Source of the DNA: a virus | Lineage: Duplodnaviria > Caudoviricetes | IMG/VR virus record: IMGVR_UViG_3300017785_001899 | Coordinates: 1-32,365 of that record | Reading direction: 5' to 3' (one strand) | DNA length: 32,365 bases | In this document: positions 22,775 through 30,801 of the stretch, one piece after another | Position numbering within the stretch: position 1 is the first letter of the stretch | Layout of the letters: every line of letters begins with the position of its first letter | Position numbers and translations under genes: made by a program | Notes under the pieces: model-generated | The model's database searches: none | Seen by the model: only the letters and a program-made list of their open reading frames with translations | What the model was told of the DNA's origin: nothing

Positions 22775-24112
22775 TTACCAAGTATAAACAATGCAGTAAC
22801 CGACACCGCCAACGCCACCAGTGCCACCAATTCCCGGATTCATCCCAGTACCACCACCACCGCCGCCGCCGCCGCCAACACCACCAGCGCCACCAGACGC
22901 GCCAGCAACAGCAGCCGTAACTGTGGTTCCACCGCCACCGCCACCACCGCCGCCAGCCTTTGATGTTGCAGCAGCGCCCGCTGTTCCAGCAGTCGGAGCC
23001 GCTCCATCAGTCCCAACTGCGGCACCGCCAGATCCAGTATAAACTCCAGACCTTCCGCCAGCGCCACCAGCGACGTTTGCCGGAGTTGCGCTATGTGATC
23101 CACCAGCGCCACCACCAGCGCCACCGTAAAGAGAATTTCCACCAAGAGATGAGGCGACTGGCGTTGCTGCAATCCCTGCACCACCACCACCACCAGATTC
23201 GGCACAGTTTATGACAGAAACAACGGCAGATCCTGTTACTCCCTGAACACCAACCCCACTCGAAGCAGCAGTTGGTAGCCCGCCTGCGCCTCCAGTGGTT
23301 GAGCCAACGGCACCGACTCCACCGCCACCGCCACCACCGCCACCGCAAGATGCGTTACCGGGGGTAATGGATCCACCTGCGCCGCCGCCACCGCCAAACG
23401 CAGTTATCAACGATCCAAACGTAGAGGACGATCCAGCGCCTCCAGCAGATCCAGACGCACCAGCAGTTCCACCAGCGCCAAGGGTTCCACCAGCGCCAAT
23501 CGTGACAAGCTCGGTGGCAGAAAGATCGTCAGCGCTAAAAAACCTCTGTATGCCGCAACCTCCACCACCACCGCCACCACCCTTGCACACAGCCGCTGTT
23601 GCAAGGGAGCCACCACCGCCACCGCCGCCACCACCGCCCCAAATCATCACACGAACCAGCTTCGGGGTGAATGTTGTTGGCTTCACCCAGTTGGTAGCGC
23701 CAGACGAGAACAACTGAATATCGGGAGCCCCTTGAATCGTTGATTGGGTTTTCAGACCACCGGATGTGAACTTTTGCCAATCACCATTATCGAACGTCAC
23801 TAACTCACCAGCGAGCAGAGTTCCTTTCCACAGGATCGCCGTGTTCGCTCCATCAAAGTTCTCCACCGTTATGAGGTTTGATGTCGAAGCATGATTGTTA
23901 TAGATCGAGATCAGCTTTACGTTTCTCTGCGTGGAAGCGGCTGGAGCAGCCACGATAGTTGTCGTGGTGGCTGTTGTAATGGACGCTTTTGGCTCGCCAT
24001 CTGGAGTGATGACTCCGCTTAGGTTGTCCACCCAAGATGTGTGAACCTCAATGTCGCCAGTTGACCCGGTAACGACTCGGATTATGTCCGATGTTGATGC
24101 GAGCAGTAGCAT
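22775..24112 (-). CDS. Glycine-rich tail fibre / receptor-binding protein
   Basis: Beta-rich N-domain followed by WVKP...VRVMIWGGGGGGGGG and long GGxGG runs ending GYCIVYTW, typical of glycine-rich polyglycine-II fibre domains. Confidence 0.75.
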   Translation of the reverse strand: MLLLASTSDIIRVVTGSTGDIEVHTSWVDNLSGVITPDGEPKASITTATTTTIVAAPAASTQRNVKLISIYNNHASTSNLITVENFDGANTAILWKGTLLAGELVTFDNGDWQKFTSGGLKTQSTIQGAPDIQLFSSGATNWVKPTTFTPKLVRVMIWGGGGGGGGGGSLATAAVCKGGGGGGGGCGIQRFFSADDLSATELVTIGAGGTLGAGGTAGASGSAGGAGSSSTFGSLITAFGGGGGAGGSITPGNASCGGGGGGGGGVGAVGSTTGGAGGLPTAASSGVGVQGVTGSAVVSVINCAESGGGGGAGIAATPVASSLGGNSLYGGAGGGAGGSHSATPANVAGGAGGRSGVYTGSGGAAVGTDGAAPTAGTAGAAATSKAGGGGGGGGGTTVTAAVAGASGGAGGVGGGGGGGGGTGMNPGIGGTGGVGGVGYCIVYTW

Positions 24113-24114
24113 AA

Positions 24115-24525
24115 TTAGATCTTAAAGATTTTGTTAGCGCCAGAGTCCCAAGTAACAGTGATGTCGCCGCCATTGGGTGTGACTGGCAACCCAGTTCCGA
24201 CATCAATCAGGGCGATGAGAGGGCTTGTTGCAGGAACGCCAGTGTCTTTCCAGATGACGATGTATTGAATCGCAAGACCTGCTGCAACTGCTGTGAATGT
24301 TATGTCGGCGGCGTCGAACACCCCCAACGTAACGCTTTTACCCGAAAAGTTTCCACTGGTGGCTACTGCGGCCCCGGCGATGTCGTAGAATTGATCCGTT
24401 GTCGTATTCGGAGAATAGACGCTCGACCTGAACAGTGACGCCTTGATGTTGTCTGTGTCCAAATCAATTGACGGACTCTGAGAGAGGAAGCTCTGACGAG
24501 CCAATGAATATAATGTGTTTGCCAT
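24115..24525 (-). CDS. Conserved phage minor tail protein (MAN.LY...GVFDAADITF...LPVTPNGGDITVTWD.GANKIF family)
   Basis: Strong resemblance to a widespread ~135-aa minor tail protein that usually precedes GIASAEAFG-repeat proteins. A-rich leader. Confidence 0.8.
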   Translation of the reverse strand: MANTLYSLARQSFLSQSPSIDLDTDNIKASLFRSSVYSPNTTTDQFYDIAGAAVATSGNFSGKSVTLGVFDAADITFTAVAAGLAIQYIVIWKDTGVPATSPLIALIDVGTGLPVTPNGGDITVTWDSGANKIFKI

Positions 24526-24537
24526 AATTTTTTATTT

Positions 24538-27000
24538 TTACACTTCAACAACAACGTCGCAGATCGGCGGTTTGAACTTCGGCGTCGGCAATGTGACTGC
24601 CGCAAACCTTGCTCCCAAGAACCGACAATATCCAGTTATTTTGAACTTAATCTGAAACGTATATCCATCTCGAAGTGGGGTTTTCAGGATCGGATCGCAA
24701 TCGTCAGAGCTTGGTTCTCCAAGCCCCAGCTTTGGAAAATACTGAGGATCACCTTCCACGTTGGAACAAATACTGAAGCTGTGCCAAGGCGTCCAGCAGC
24801 CTTGATCTGACTTGTAAAAAACCTCGAACCGAACAGTTCCAACAACATCGGAAACAGAAAACTCACCGTCTCGGAGAGACACCATCACGTCGCGAGGTTT
24901 AACATCCTTGTTAAAGATAGAGGCTGTCTCGAAAGACCATACGATAGGAATCGTTCCGTTATCAAACTCGCTAGACCCGGTGGGCAAAATCTCATAAAGC
25001 TCTATCTTCGACAGGGCGACATTGAATGTGAACGCAAAGGCTCGATCAACTCCGTTGAAAGTTCCTTGAACAGCTTGGAGCGTGTTTACGCCAGTCCACA
25101 GACCGTCATAAACAGGATTCTGCTTTCCAGCAACGCCGCTGATGGGATCTAGGTTCAACACAACAAACCCAGCGTGTAGAACACCCTGAGACGATGCCTG
25201 CGGAGAAACCGTCATAATCCACCTGTTGTCGAAAACAATCGAGCTTCCGTAATTGAGCAGAGCCTTGTCGTCCACGCTAAGGATGCGAACAACCTCGTCA
25301 GATACTGGAGTGTTTCCGGGAGTTCCAAAATCACGGCGAGCCTGAACGAGAGTTCCGAGTCCGGGTGTGGATCTGAACCCAACGTCACTGTTTATTAGCG
25401 TGGTGGAGTTCTGACCCTGTGGGCCTGTGCCAATCAGTGAGAATGTGAGGATTGGGCCTGTCGCTGGTGGTGCATCAAAATCAATCGGGGCTTGGCATGA
25501 CGCCATGAACGCAGCCGTTCCGACTTGGAGCGATCCTTGACCAAGGGCGAGATCTAGGTTCGCTGTGAACGTCATTGATGTGATGACGTTTCCCGCGCCG
25601 GGGATCGAGAAATTGCCGCCACGGAATGTCAGGTCTGTGGTTTTTAGAACAGCGTCACGGAAACTGTTCGCCTGAGTTCCGCTCGCGCCCCGGCTCGTGT
25701 CGCTGCAAATAAAGCTCAAGCCATCAACGAGACACATCCAGTTCTGACCAAGACCGTATGCGCCCATGCGTCCAGAGGGGAGTTCGGGAACGGAGATTAT
25801 TTCTTGAGAAGTGGCATAGTTTGCAGTGGTTTCGTCATCCAGATTTATCAAAGTAACGCTTGGTGTTCCGGGAGGGGGTATAACAATTGCCTGAATCGTG
25901 AACTGATTAACTCCAATATAAACGATCTGGCCAGAGGCTCCGGTATATGCCGAATCAAGCGTCAACTGAACCGAGTTTCCAATTGAAGGAACGGTGTCAT
26001 CAACAGCAACCGTCCCGGCGATCACATTTGGCGCAGAGCTTGATGCGAAAAGTATTTGAGTCCCGCTTGGAAGAGACGCTGGAAATGTTCCTGTCTGGTT
26101 TGGAGAAACCGTAATCGAAGAGCCTGAAAATATCGTCACTCTCCACACCTTCCCAAAGATCAACAAGAGGGATCCAACAACACCCAAGAATGGCGATGTC
26201 AGATTTATCACGAACGCAGAAAAGGCAGCACCTGTTGTAAGCGGTATTGTGTTTGCGACAACTCCAGCAACGGATGGCCTTATCAGAATCTGATCTCCAT
26301 CGCTGATTGGCCCGGCAACGCTGTAAAGGCTAGTCAGGCTAACGATGTATCCAAGAGGGTTCTCGATGGGTTGGTAAAACGCATTGTTGTAAAGAACGGG
26401 AACATTGTATGGGCCGGGCCAATTTGCCAAAAGCGTGACAACAACTGTGCCACCTATCTCTGGAGGATCTATTGGTGATGGAGCTACGGCGTCTGCTGTG
26501 GCTAGAAGAACACTTGGCCCAAAGCTCCTGCGCGTGGTAACACCATCAAAGAAAATCGGCAGGCTCGCGCCATCGTTGACGATCAGGAAGTTCTCAGACT
26601 GCCACATCCAAGCCTGTGTTGATGTGGCTGGATTTGGATCTCCCGGAATCGTTCTCTCGATCACGGTCACTCCGTTTCCATTCACGACAAATTGGAACAG
26701 CCTTCCAGCTATCTGAGCAAATAGGGACTGATTTCCAGAATCCGGCTGATAATATCCAGCACCCTGAAACAGACCTTCTTCGACAGCTTCCTTAACTTCA
26801 TCGCTTGGCCAAGTGATCGTGAGTTGATTTGTGAAAGATGGCCTTGTGGTGACGAAGCCATCTCGAACAGTTGCGTTGGACGCAAACGAAAGCTGATTCT
26901 TTGGAAGAAGGAGCGGGTTGAGTCCGCTGTTAATTCCAAGCTCAAGCGTGTCTATTGAGTCATAGACTGAAACCGATCTGAATGGTTGAGTGTCTGCCAC
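24538..27000 (-). CDS. Putative tail nozzle / tubular protein B (beta-propeller, P22 gp10/T7 gp12-like) with internal beta-rich insertion
   Basis: 820 aa, beta-rich. N-terminal LLPKNQLSFASNATVRDG.VTTRP, QSENFLIVNDG, PVSDEV..IL and C-terminal DGYTFQIKFKITG are consistent with podovirus nozzle proteins. Confidence 0.55.
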   Translation of the reverse strand: MADTQPFRSVSVYDSIDTLELGINSGLNPLLLPKNQLSFASNATVRDGFVTTRPSFTNQLTITWPSDEVKEAVEEGLFQGAGYYQPDSGNQSLFAQIAGRLFQFVVNGNGVTVIERTIPGDPNPATSTQAWMWQSENFLIVNDGASLPIFFDGVTTRRSFGPSVLLATADAVAPSPIDPPEIGGTVVVTLLANWPGPYNVPVLYNNAFYQPIENPLGYIVSLTSLYSVAGPISDGDQILIRPSVAGVVANTIPLTTGAAFSAFVINLTSPFLGVVGSLLLIFGKVWRVTIFSGSSITVSPNQTGTFPASLPSGTQILFASSSAPNVIAGTVAVDDTVPSIGNSVQLTLDSAYTGASGQIVYIGVNQFTIQAIVIPPPGTPSVTLINLDDETTANYATSQEIISVPELPSGRMGAYGLGQNWMCLVDGLSFICSDTSRGASGTQANSFRDAVLKTTDLTFRGGNFSIPGAGNVITSMTFTANLDLALGQGSLQVGTAAFMASCQAPIDFDAPPATGPILTFSLIGTGPQGQNSTTLINSDVGFRSTPGLGTLVQARRDFGTPGNTPVSDEVVRILSVDDKALLNYGSSIVFDNRWIMTVSPQASSQGVLHAGFVVLNLDPISGVAGKQNPVYDGLWTGVNTLQAVQGTFNGVDRAFAFTFNVALSKIELYEILPTGSSEFDNGTIPIVWSFETASIFNKDVKPRDVMVSLRDGEFSVSDVVGTVRFEVFYKSDQGCWTPWHSFSICSNVEGDPQYFPKLGLGEPSSDDCDPILKTPLRDGYTFQIKFKITGYCRFLGARFAAVTLPTPKFKPPICDVVVEV

Positions 27001-27001
27001 A

Positions 27002-27889
27002 TTAAGTCAGTGAAGTGATGAGATCGTTGACGTGATCGCTCAGTGATGCGACAGCATCTGCTGTGTCCATGTTCTGAATCTCGATAAGGAAGTATCCAGC
27101 GCCAGCAGTAAATACTGTTCCCCCAGCAGCCATTTCGATTGAAATGTTTGCCCCGGCAGCGCCGTCATTTAGGGCAACAATTGGGTTTGGAGATCCAATT
27201 GATTTTTGACCGATTGCTGCCGTGCTTGCGAGATTTACAGTGAGCGTGTTTGTGACGTTGACGCCTGAAATCTCTAGGTTAAAAATCTGACTTGCTCCAG
27301 CACCCGTTCCGGCGACGGTTGTTACAAAATCAAATTTGAGAATCTTAAATTTGTAATCAATGACGTAATCGGTGAGAAGATCAATCGCCAAAGCACCAAG
27401 CCCAGTTGCCAGCGACGTTAGTGGAATCGTTAGAGTTGAAATCCCAACACCAGCAGCAACTGCCAAGTTATTAACAGCGCCAGCGGCTGTAAGGGCGGTA
27501 TAAACAACAGCAGCCGGAAGAGCGGCAGGAGCAAATTGAGGCCCGGCTGGAGAAACCAACTTGTCGTTTGCGATGCTGGTTGCATCTGCGTTTGCGGCAA
27601 CGTCAAGATAAACCCCGGTGAACTGGTTTGCGGCAACTATGGTCACTTCAAAATAACCAGCATCCTCAACGTAGATGACAAGACCAACAGAAGCCCATGC
27701 TGTGCTATCTACCGTAAAAGCAACCGTGTCTCCCTTGTCGAACGGGCCAGCCACGCCAGCGGTGAGTGTGTAAGCGTTGACGCCATTCGTGCCGTTCGTT
27801 CCAGCAGCGCCAGTCGCTCCAGTAGATCCGGGGATCTCAGTGATCGTCGGTGTTGGACACGCGCAATTACAGTCAGAGGCAGCACTCAT
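27002..27889 (-). CDS. Putative tail fibre / virion protein with short collagen-like segment (295 aa)
   Basis: CNCAC N-terminus, GSTGATGAAGTNGTNG (Gly-X-Y) segment and beta-rich C-domain. Start moved to ATG 27889 because the track's TTG at 27925 is the -35 box of a promoter. Confidence 0.65.
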   Translation of the reverse strand: MSAASDCNCACPTPTITEIPGSTGATGAAGTNGTNGVNAYTLTAGVAGPFDKGDTVAFTVDSTAWASVGLVIYVEDAGYFEVTIVAANQFTGVYLDVAANADATSIANDKLVSPAGPQFAPAALPAAVVYTALTAAGAVNNLAVAAGVGISTLTIPLTSLATGLGALAIDLLTDYVIDYKFKILKFDFVTTVAGTGAGASQIFNLEISGVNVTNTLTVNLASTAAIGQKSIGSPNPIVALNDGAAGANISIEMAAGGTVFTAGAGYFLIEIQNMDTADAVASLSDHVNDLITSLT

Positions 27890-27925
27890 TGACTGATTTT
27901 TACCCTGTCTTGCCAGTTCGGTCAA
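27890..27925 (-). promoter_or_regulatory. Sigma70-type promoter candidate, leaderless
   Basis: TTGACC (27925-27920), 17 nt, TAAAAA (27902-27897), 7 nt, ATG 27889. Confidence 0.5.
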
Positions 27926-27934
27926 CAGGGATGT

Positions 27935-28477
27935 TCACTTGAGCCTGATGAGCTTCATGGGGGCGTCGTTGGTGATGACGATGCTCAACTGAGATCCGGG
28001 GTTGGTGATTACCGTTCTGTAATTCGACCAAGTTGTTCCATTTGTTGAGATCTGCCACACGTTTGTTGTGTTCGGAGCGGAAACGTCTGCCGCCAAAGAA
28101 TAGATCCTTGTGGAGATTTTGGGGTAGATGAAATTTGTGATCTGGTTAGATGCCACAGACTCAACGCCCGACGAGTTGTAAGAGACGGCGTGGATAAAAA
28201 TGTCTTTTCCAGCGACAAGTTTATCAAGAGTTGTTTTTGTGACATTGCCAACGGTTGACGAACTCTGTCGGCTTCCACTGGTGTCTCCGTAATAGATTCT
28301 GTAACCGACAACATTCGTGTTTGGTGACGCATCCCAAGCAAGCTTGAGATAGTTTCCAGTTGGGGCGGCGGATCCAACCGAGGCTGGCTGTGGCGGAAAC
28401 GAAACCAGAGCGGCAAAAGCCGACATCCACGCAAGGGCTAAAACCATGTAAGCAACGATTCTGAGATATTCCTTCAT
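27935..28477 (-). CDS. Signal/TM-anchored fibronectin type III domain protein (180 aa)
   Basis: Hydrophobic N-terminus and FN3 motifs LAWDASP...VVGYRIYYG...L..G....AVSYNSSGVES. Start is probably ATG 28477 (track gives 28495). Confidence 0.75.
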   Translation of the reverse strand: MKEYLRIVAYMVLALAWMSAFAALVSFPPQPASVGSAAPTGNYLKLAWDASPNTNVVGYRIYYGDTSGSRQSSSTVGNVTKTTLDKLVAGKDIFIHAVSYNSSGVESVASNQITNFIYPKISTRIYSLAADVSAPNTTNVWQISTNGTTWSNYRTVITNPGSQLSIVITNDAPMKLIRLK

Positions 28478-28512
28478 GTGCGAATTTTCAGCCATGAAAC
28501 TTTACCAGTCAA
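28478..28512 (-). promoter_or_regulatory. Leftward promoter candidate for the FN3/tail operon
   Basis: TTGACT (28512-28507), 17 nt, GAAAAT (28489-28484), 6 nt, ATG 28477. Confidence 0.45.
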
Positions 28513-28536
28513 CAGATTGTTGCTAATGTTTCTGAA
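28501..28536 (+). promoter_or_regulatory. Rightward promoter candidate for the terminase, leaderless
   Basis: TTTACC (28501-28506), 17 nt with TG extension, TAATGT (28524-28529), 7 nt, ATG 28537. Confidence 0.55.
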
Positions 28537-30348
28537 ATGTCGAAAACGAGAGAGAAATACGGATTGAATTGGCCCATCGAAAACGATGATCTCAAGATCG
28601 AGCTTTGGATGATCCGAAAAGGTGATGAGTGGTTGAAGGAAAATGGACGATCACTCTCGTTCCACTACGAAGAGGCTAAGAAAATCCTGTGGCCGGAACT
28701 GGATGCTCACCGCTGGCACAACATCTGTCGCGACTCCATTCTTGAGAACAAGGTTTGTGTGCTGATGGGTTGTGGATCGTCTGGAAAAACAAACGCAGCC
28801 GCTTGGATCAGCCTGCTCGACTACTTTGCTTGGCCGAAAGAGACGTGCGTTCTGGTTTGCTCGACAGATGTTCGCGGGTTGAAGAAGCGCGTGTGGGGTG
28901 AAGTGACGATGCTGTGGGAAAAAGCGATCCAGAAGTTCGATTACCTTCCCGGAAACCTTCTCGACAGCGCAATAGCGATCACAACCGACGACATGGACGA
29001 CATCGAGTTCGGAGAAAGGAAGTCTCGTGACATGCGGCAGGGAATTTTCGGTATCCCTTGCGTCCAAGGTGGAAAGTTTGTCGGGCTTTCAAAGTTCATC
29101 GGCGTGAAACAGAAGCGAATGAGACTTGTGGCTGACGAGGCTTCGGCCATGAACGACTCGTTTCTGTCCAGCTTCTCGAACCTGAACAAGAACGAGGACT
29201 TCAGAGCTATTGTTCTTGGAAACCCGAACGACATCCACGATCCGCTCGGTAAAGCAGCAGAGCCTCTGGGTGGTTGGACTGATGAGTATCTCGAACCGAC
29301 CAAGACACGCACTTGGAAAACTCGTTTTATGAATGGGCTGTGCGTGAACCTTGTCGGAATTGACAGCCCGAACCACGACTTCCCAGCAGATCAGCCGACG
29401 AAATACAAATACCTCATCAGCAAAGAAAAGATTGATGAGACTCTCTCGTTCTTCTCGAAAGATTCTGTTGAGTATTTCTCGCAGTGCGTCGGAACAATGA
29501 AGATCGGAACAATGGCTCGTCGAATCCTGACTCGCGAGCTATGTGAAAGATTCGGAGCGCAGACTCAAGCGATCTGGAAGAACGACAAGAAAACAAAGGT
29601 GTATTTCTTGGACGCATCATACGGTGGCGACAGGGCTGTGTGTGGTGGCGCTGAGTTTGGCGAGGACGTGAACGGAAAGATCGTGATCTCGTTCTACCCA
29701 CAGAAAATTATCCCGGTTGTTGTCGGTGGAGAGAACGTCGAGGATCAACTCGCCAAGTTTGTGAAGCAGGACTGTGAGGCTCTTGGAATACCACCGAGCA
29801 GCATGGGACATGATGCAACTGGACGAGGAAGTTTGGGAACTGCTCTGGCCCGAATCTGGTCTGCCGACACAAACCCAATCGAGAGCGGTGGTGTTCCGAG
29901 TGATCGTCCTGTGTCGCTCGATCTTTTCACAACAGATGAAGCGACAGGTCAGAGACGGCTCAAGCTGTGCAAAGAATTTTATGATCGCAAGGTGAGCGAG
30001 TTCTGGTTCTGCGTCAGATACGCAGTCGAAGCAGGACAGATCCGGGATCTTCCAGAAGATGCGATGGAGGAGTTGTGCGCGAGGAAGTGGGACATCCTCA
30101 AGAACGGGCTTCACTCAGTTGAGGTTAAGGACGGGACAAGAACAAAGCCGGGAATGAAGCAACGAACTGGAAAATCTCCTGACCACGGTGACTGCGCTGC
30201 TGGTGTGATCGAGATGGCCCGAAGGAAAGGATTCCAGATCTCAAAGCTTGCGATGGAGGACAAGAAAGTTTTTGGAAAGAATTGGATCGAGCAGGACATG
30301 AAAAAGTCCATGAAGCTCCAGAAAGAAAGACAGCTTCAATCCGTTTAA
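28537..30348 (+). CDS. terL: Terminase large subunit
   Basis: Walker A GCGSSGKT, Walker B RLVADEAS, coupling motif VLGNP, RNase H-like FLDASYGGD and C-terminal GKSPDHGD. Confidence 0.9.
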   Translation: MSKTREKYGLNWPIENDDLKIELWMIRKGDEWLKENGRSLSFHYEEAKKILWPELDAHRWHNICRDSILENKVCVLMGCGSSGKTNAAAWISLLDYFAWPKETCVLVCSTDVRGLKKRVWGEVTMLWEKAIQKFDYLPGNLLDSAIAITTDDMDDIEFGERKSRDMRQGIFGIPCVQGGKFVGLSKFIGVKQKRMRLVADEASAMNDSFLSSFSNLNKNEDFRAIVLGNPNDIHDPLGKAAEPLGGWTDEYLEPTKTRTWKTRFMNGLCVNLVGIDSPNHDFPADQPTKYKYLISKEKIDETLSFFSKDSVEYFSQCVGTMKIGTMARRILTRELCERFGAQTQAIWKNDKKTKVYFLDASYGGDRAVCGGAEFGEDVNGKIVISFYPQKIIPVVVGGENVEDQLAKFVKQDCEALGIPPSSMGHDATGRGSLGTALARIWSADTNPIESGGVPSDRPVSLDLFTTDEATGQRRLKLCKEFYDRKVSEFWFCVRYAVEAGQIRDLPEDAMEELCARKWDILKNGLHSVEVKDGTRTKPGMKQRTGKSPDHGDCAAGVIEMARRKGFQISKLAMEDKKVFGKNWIEQDMKKSMKLQKERQLQSV

Positions 30349-30356
30349 CTAATCGC

Positions 30357-30581
30357 TTATGCAGACGCATCTGATGCGCTGCGTCCCTGATCCGGGCCGT
30401 TAGGGCGCATGGCGAGCGTTCGCACTTCATCGGTTAGCTCGGCAATCTTTGCGTCTTTCTTTTGATTTGAGGCGTTCAGTTGTTCAGCAAGTAGGAAGTT
30501 TTCGAGTGCTTGCCCCACGAGTTTTAGTTTTGGCATCCTTTTGTAAGACGCCGCCAGATTCGCTTGTTCTCCGATAGTCAT
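30357..30581 (-). CDS. Hypothetical protein, 74 aa (coiled-coil)
   Basis: Fills the gap between terL and the replication genes, with a heptad-like KKDAKIAELTDEVRTL segment. Confidence 0.55.
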   Translation of the reverse strand: MTIGEQANLAASYKRMPKLKLVGQALENFLLAEQLNASNQKKDAKIAELTDEVRTLAMRPNGPDQGRSASDASA

Positions 30582-30633
30582 ATTGTTTCCAGTTGCAGCA
30601 CGTCTTGGGACAGCCTCGCCTCGTAGCTAGGGG

Positions 30634-30801
30634 TTAGGCGAAATGGTCACAGCACGAGAATTGCTCATAGTGGTGTCGTTTTTGTGCGGACGGTTTCCGT
30701 CCATACTTGCGCTCACGGTATTCGTCGCCCGCTCCGCATAGGACACATTCTCTGATGGTGATGTCATACCAGTATTTACGCTTTCGCTTAACAGATTTCA
30801 T
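30634..30801 (-). CDS. Small basic putative zinc-finger protein, 55 aa (MKSVKRKRKYWYDITIRECVLCGAGDEYRERKYGRKPSAQKRHHYEQFSCCDHFA)
   Basis: Read manually, below the track cutoff. ATGA overlap with the dnaB stop, with CxxC and CCDH motifs. Confidence 0.65.
   Translation of the reverse strand: MKSVKRKRKYWYDITIRECVLCGAGDEYRERKYGRKPSAQKRHHYEQFSCCDHFA

Noticed and set aside
22230-23640. Repeats considered as a CRISPR array or DGR template/variable repeat
   Set aside because: They are degenerate coding repeats (GIASAEAFG, poly-Gly) without unique spacers or adenine-specific variation, and no cas or reverse transcriptase gene is present.
30582-30633. 52-bp gap examined for a tRNA, ncRNA or terminator
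   Set aside because: Too short for a tRNA, and no convincing hairpin with a U-tract or promoter pair was seen.
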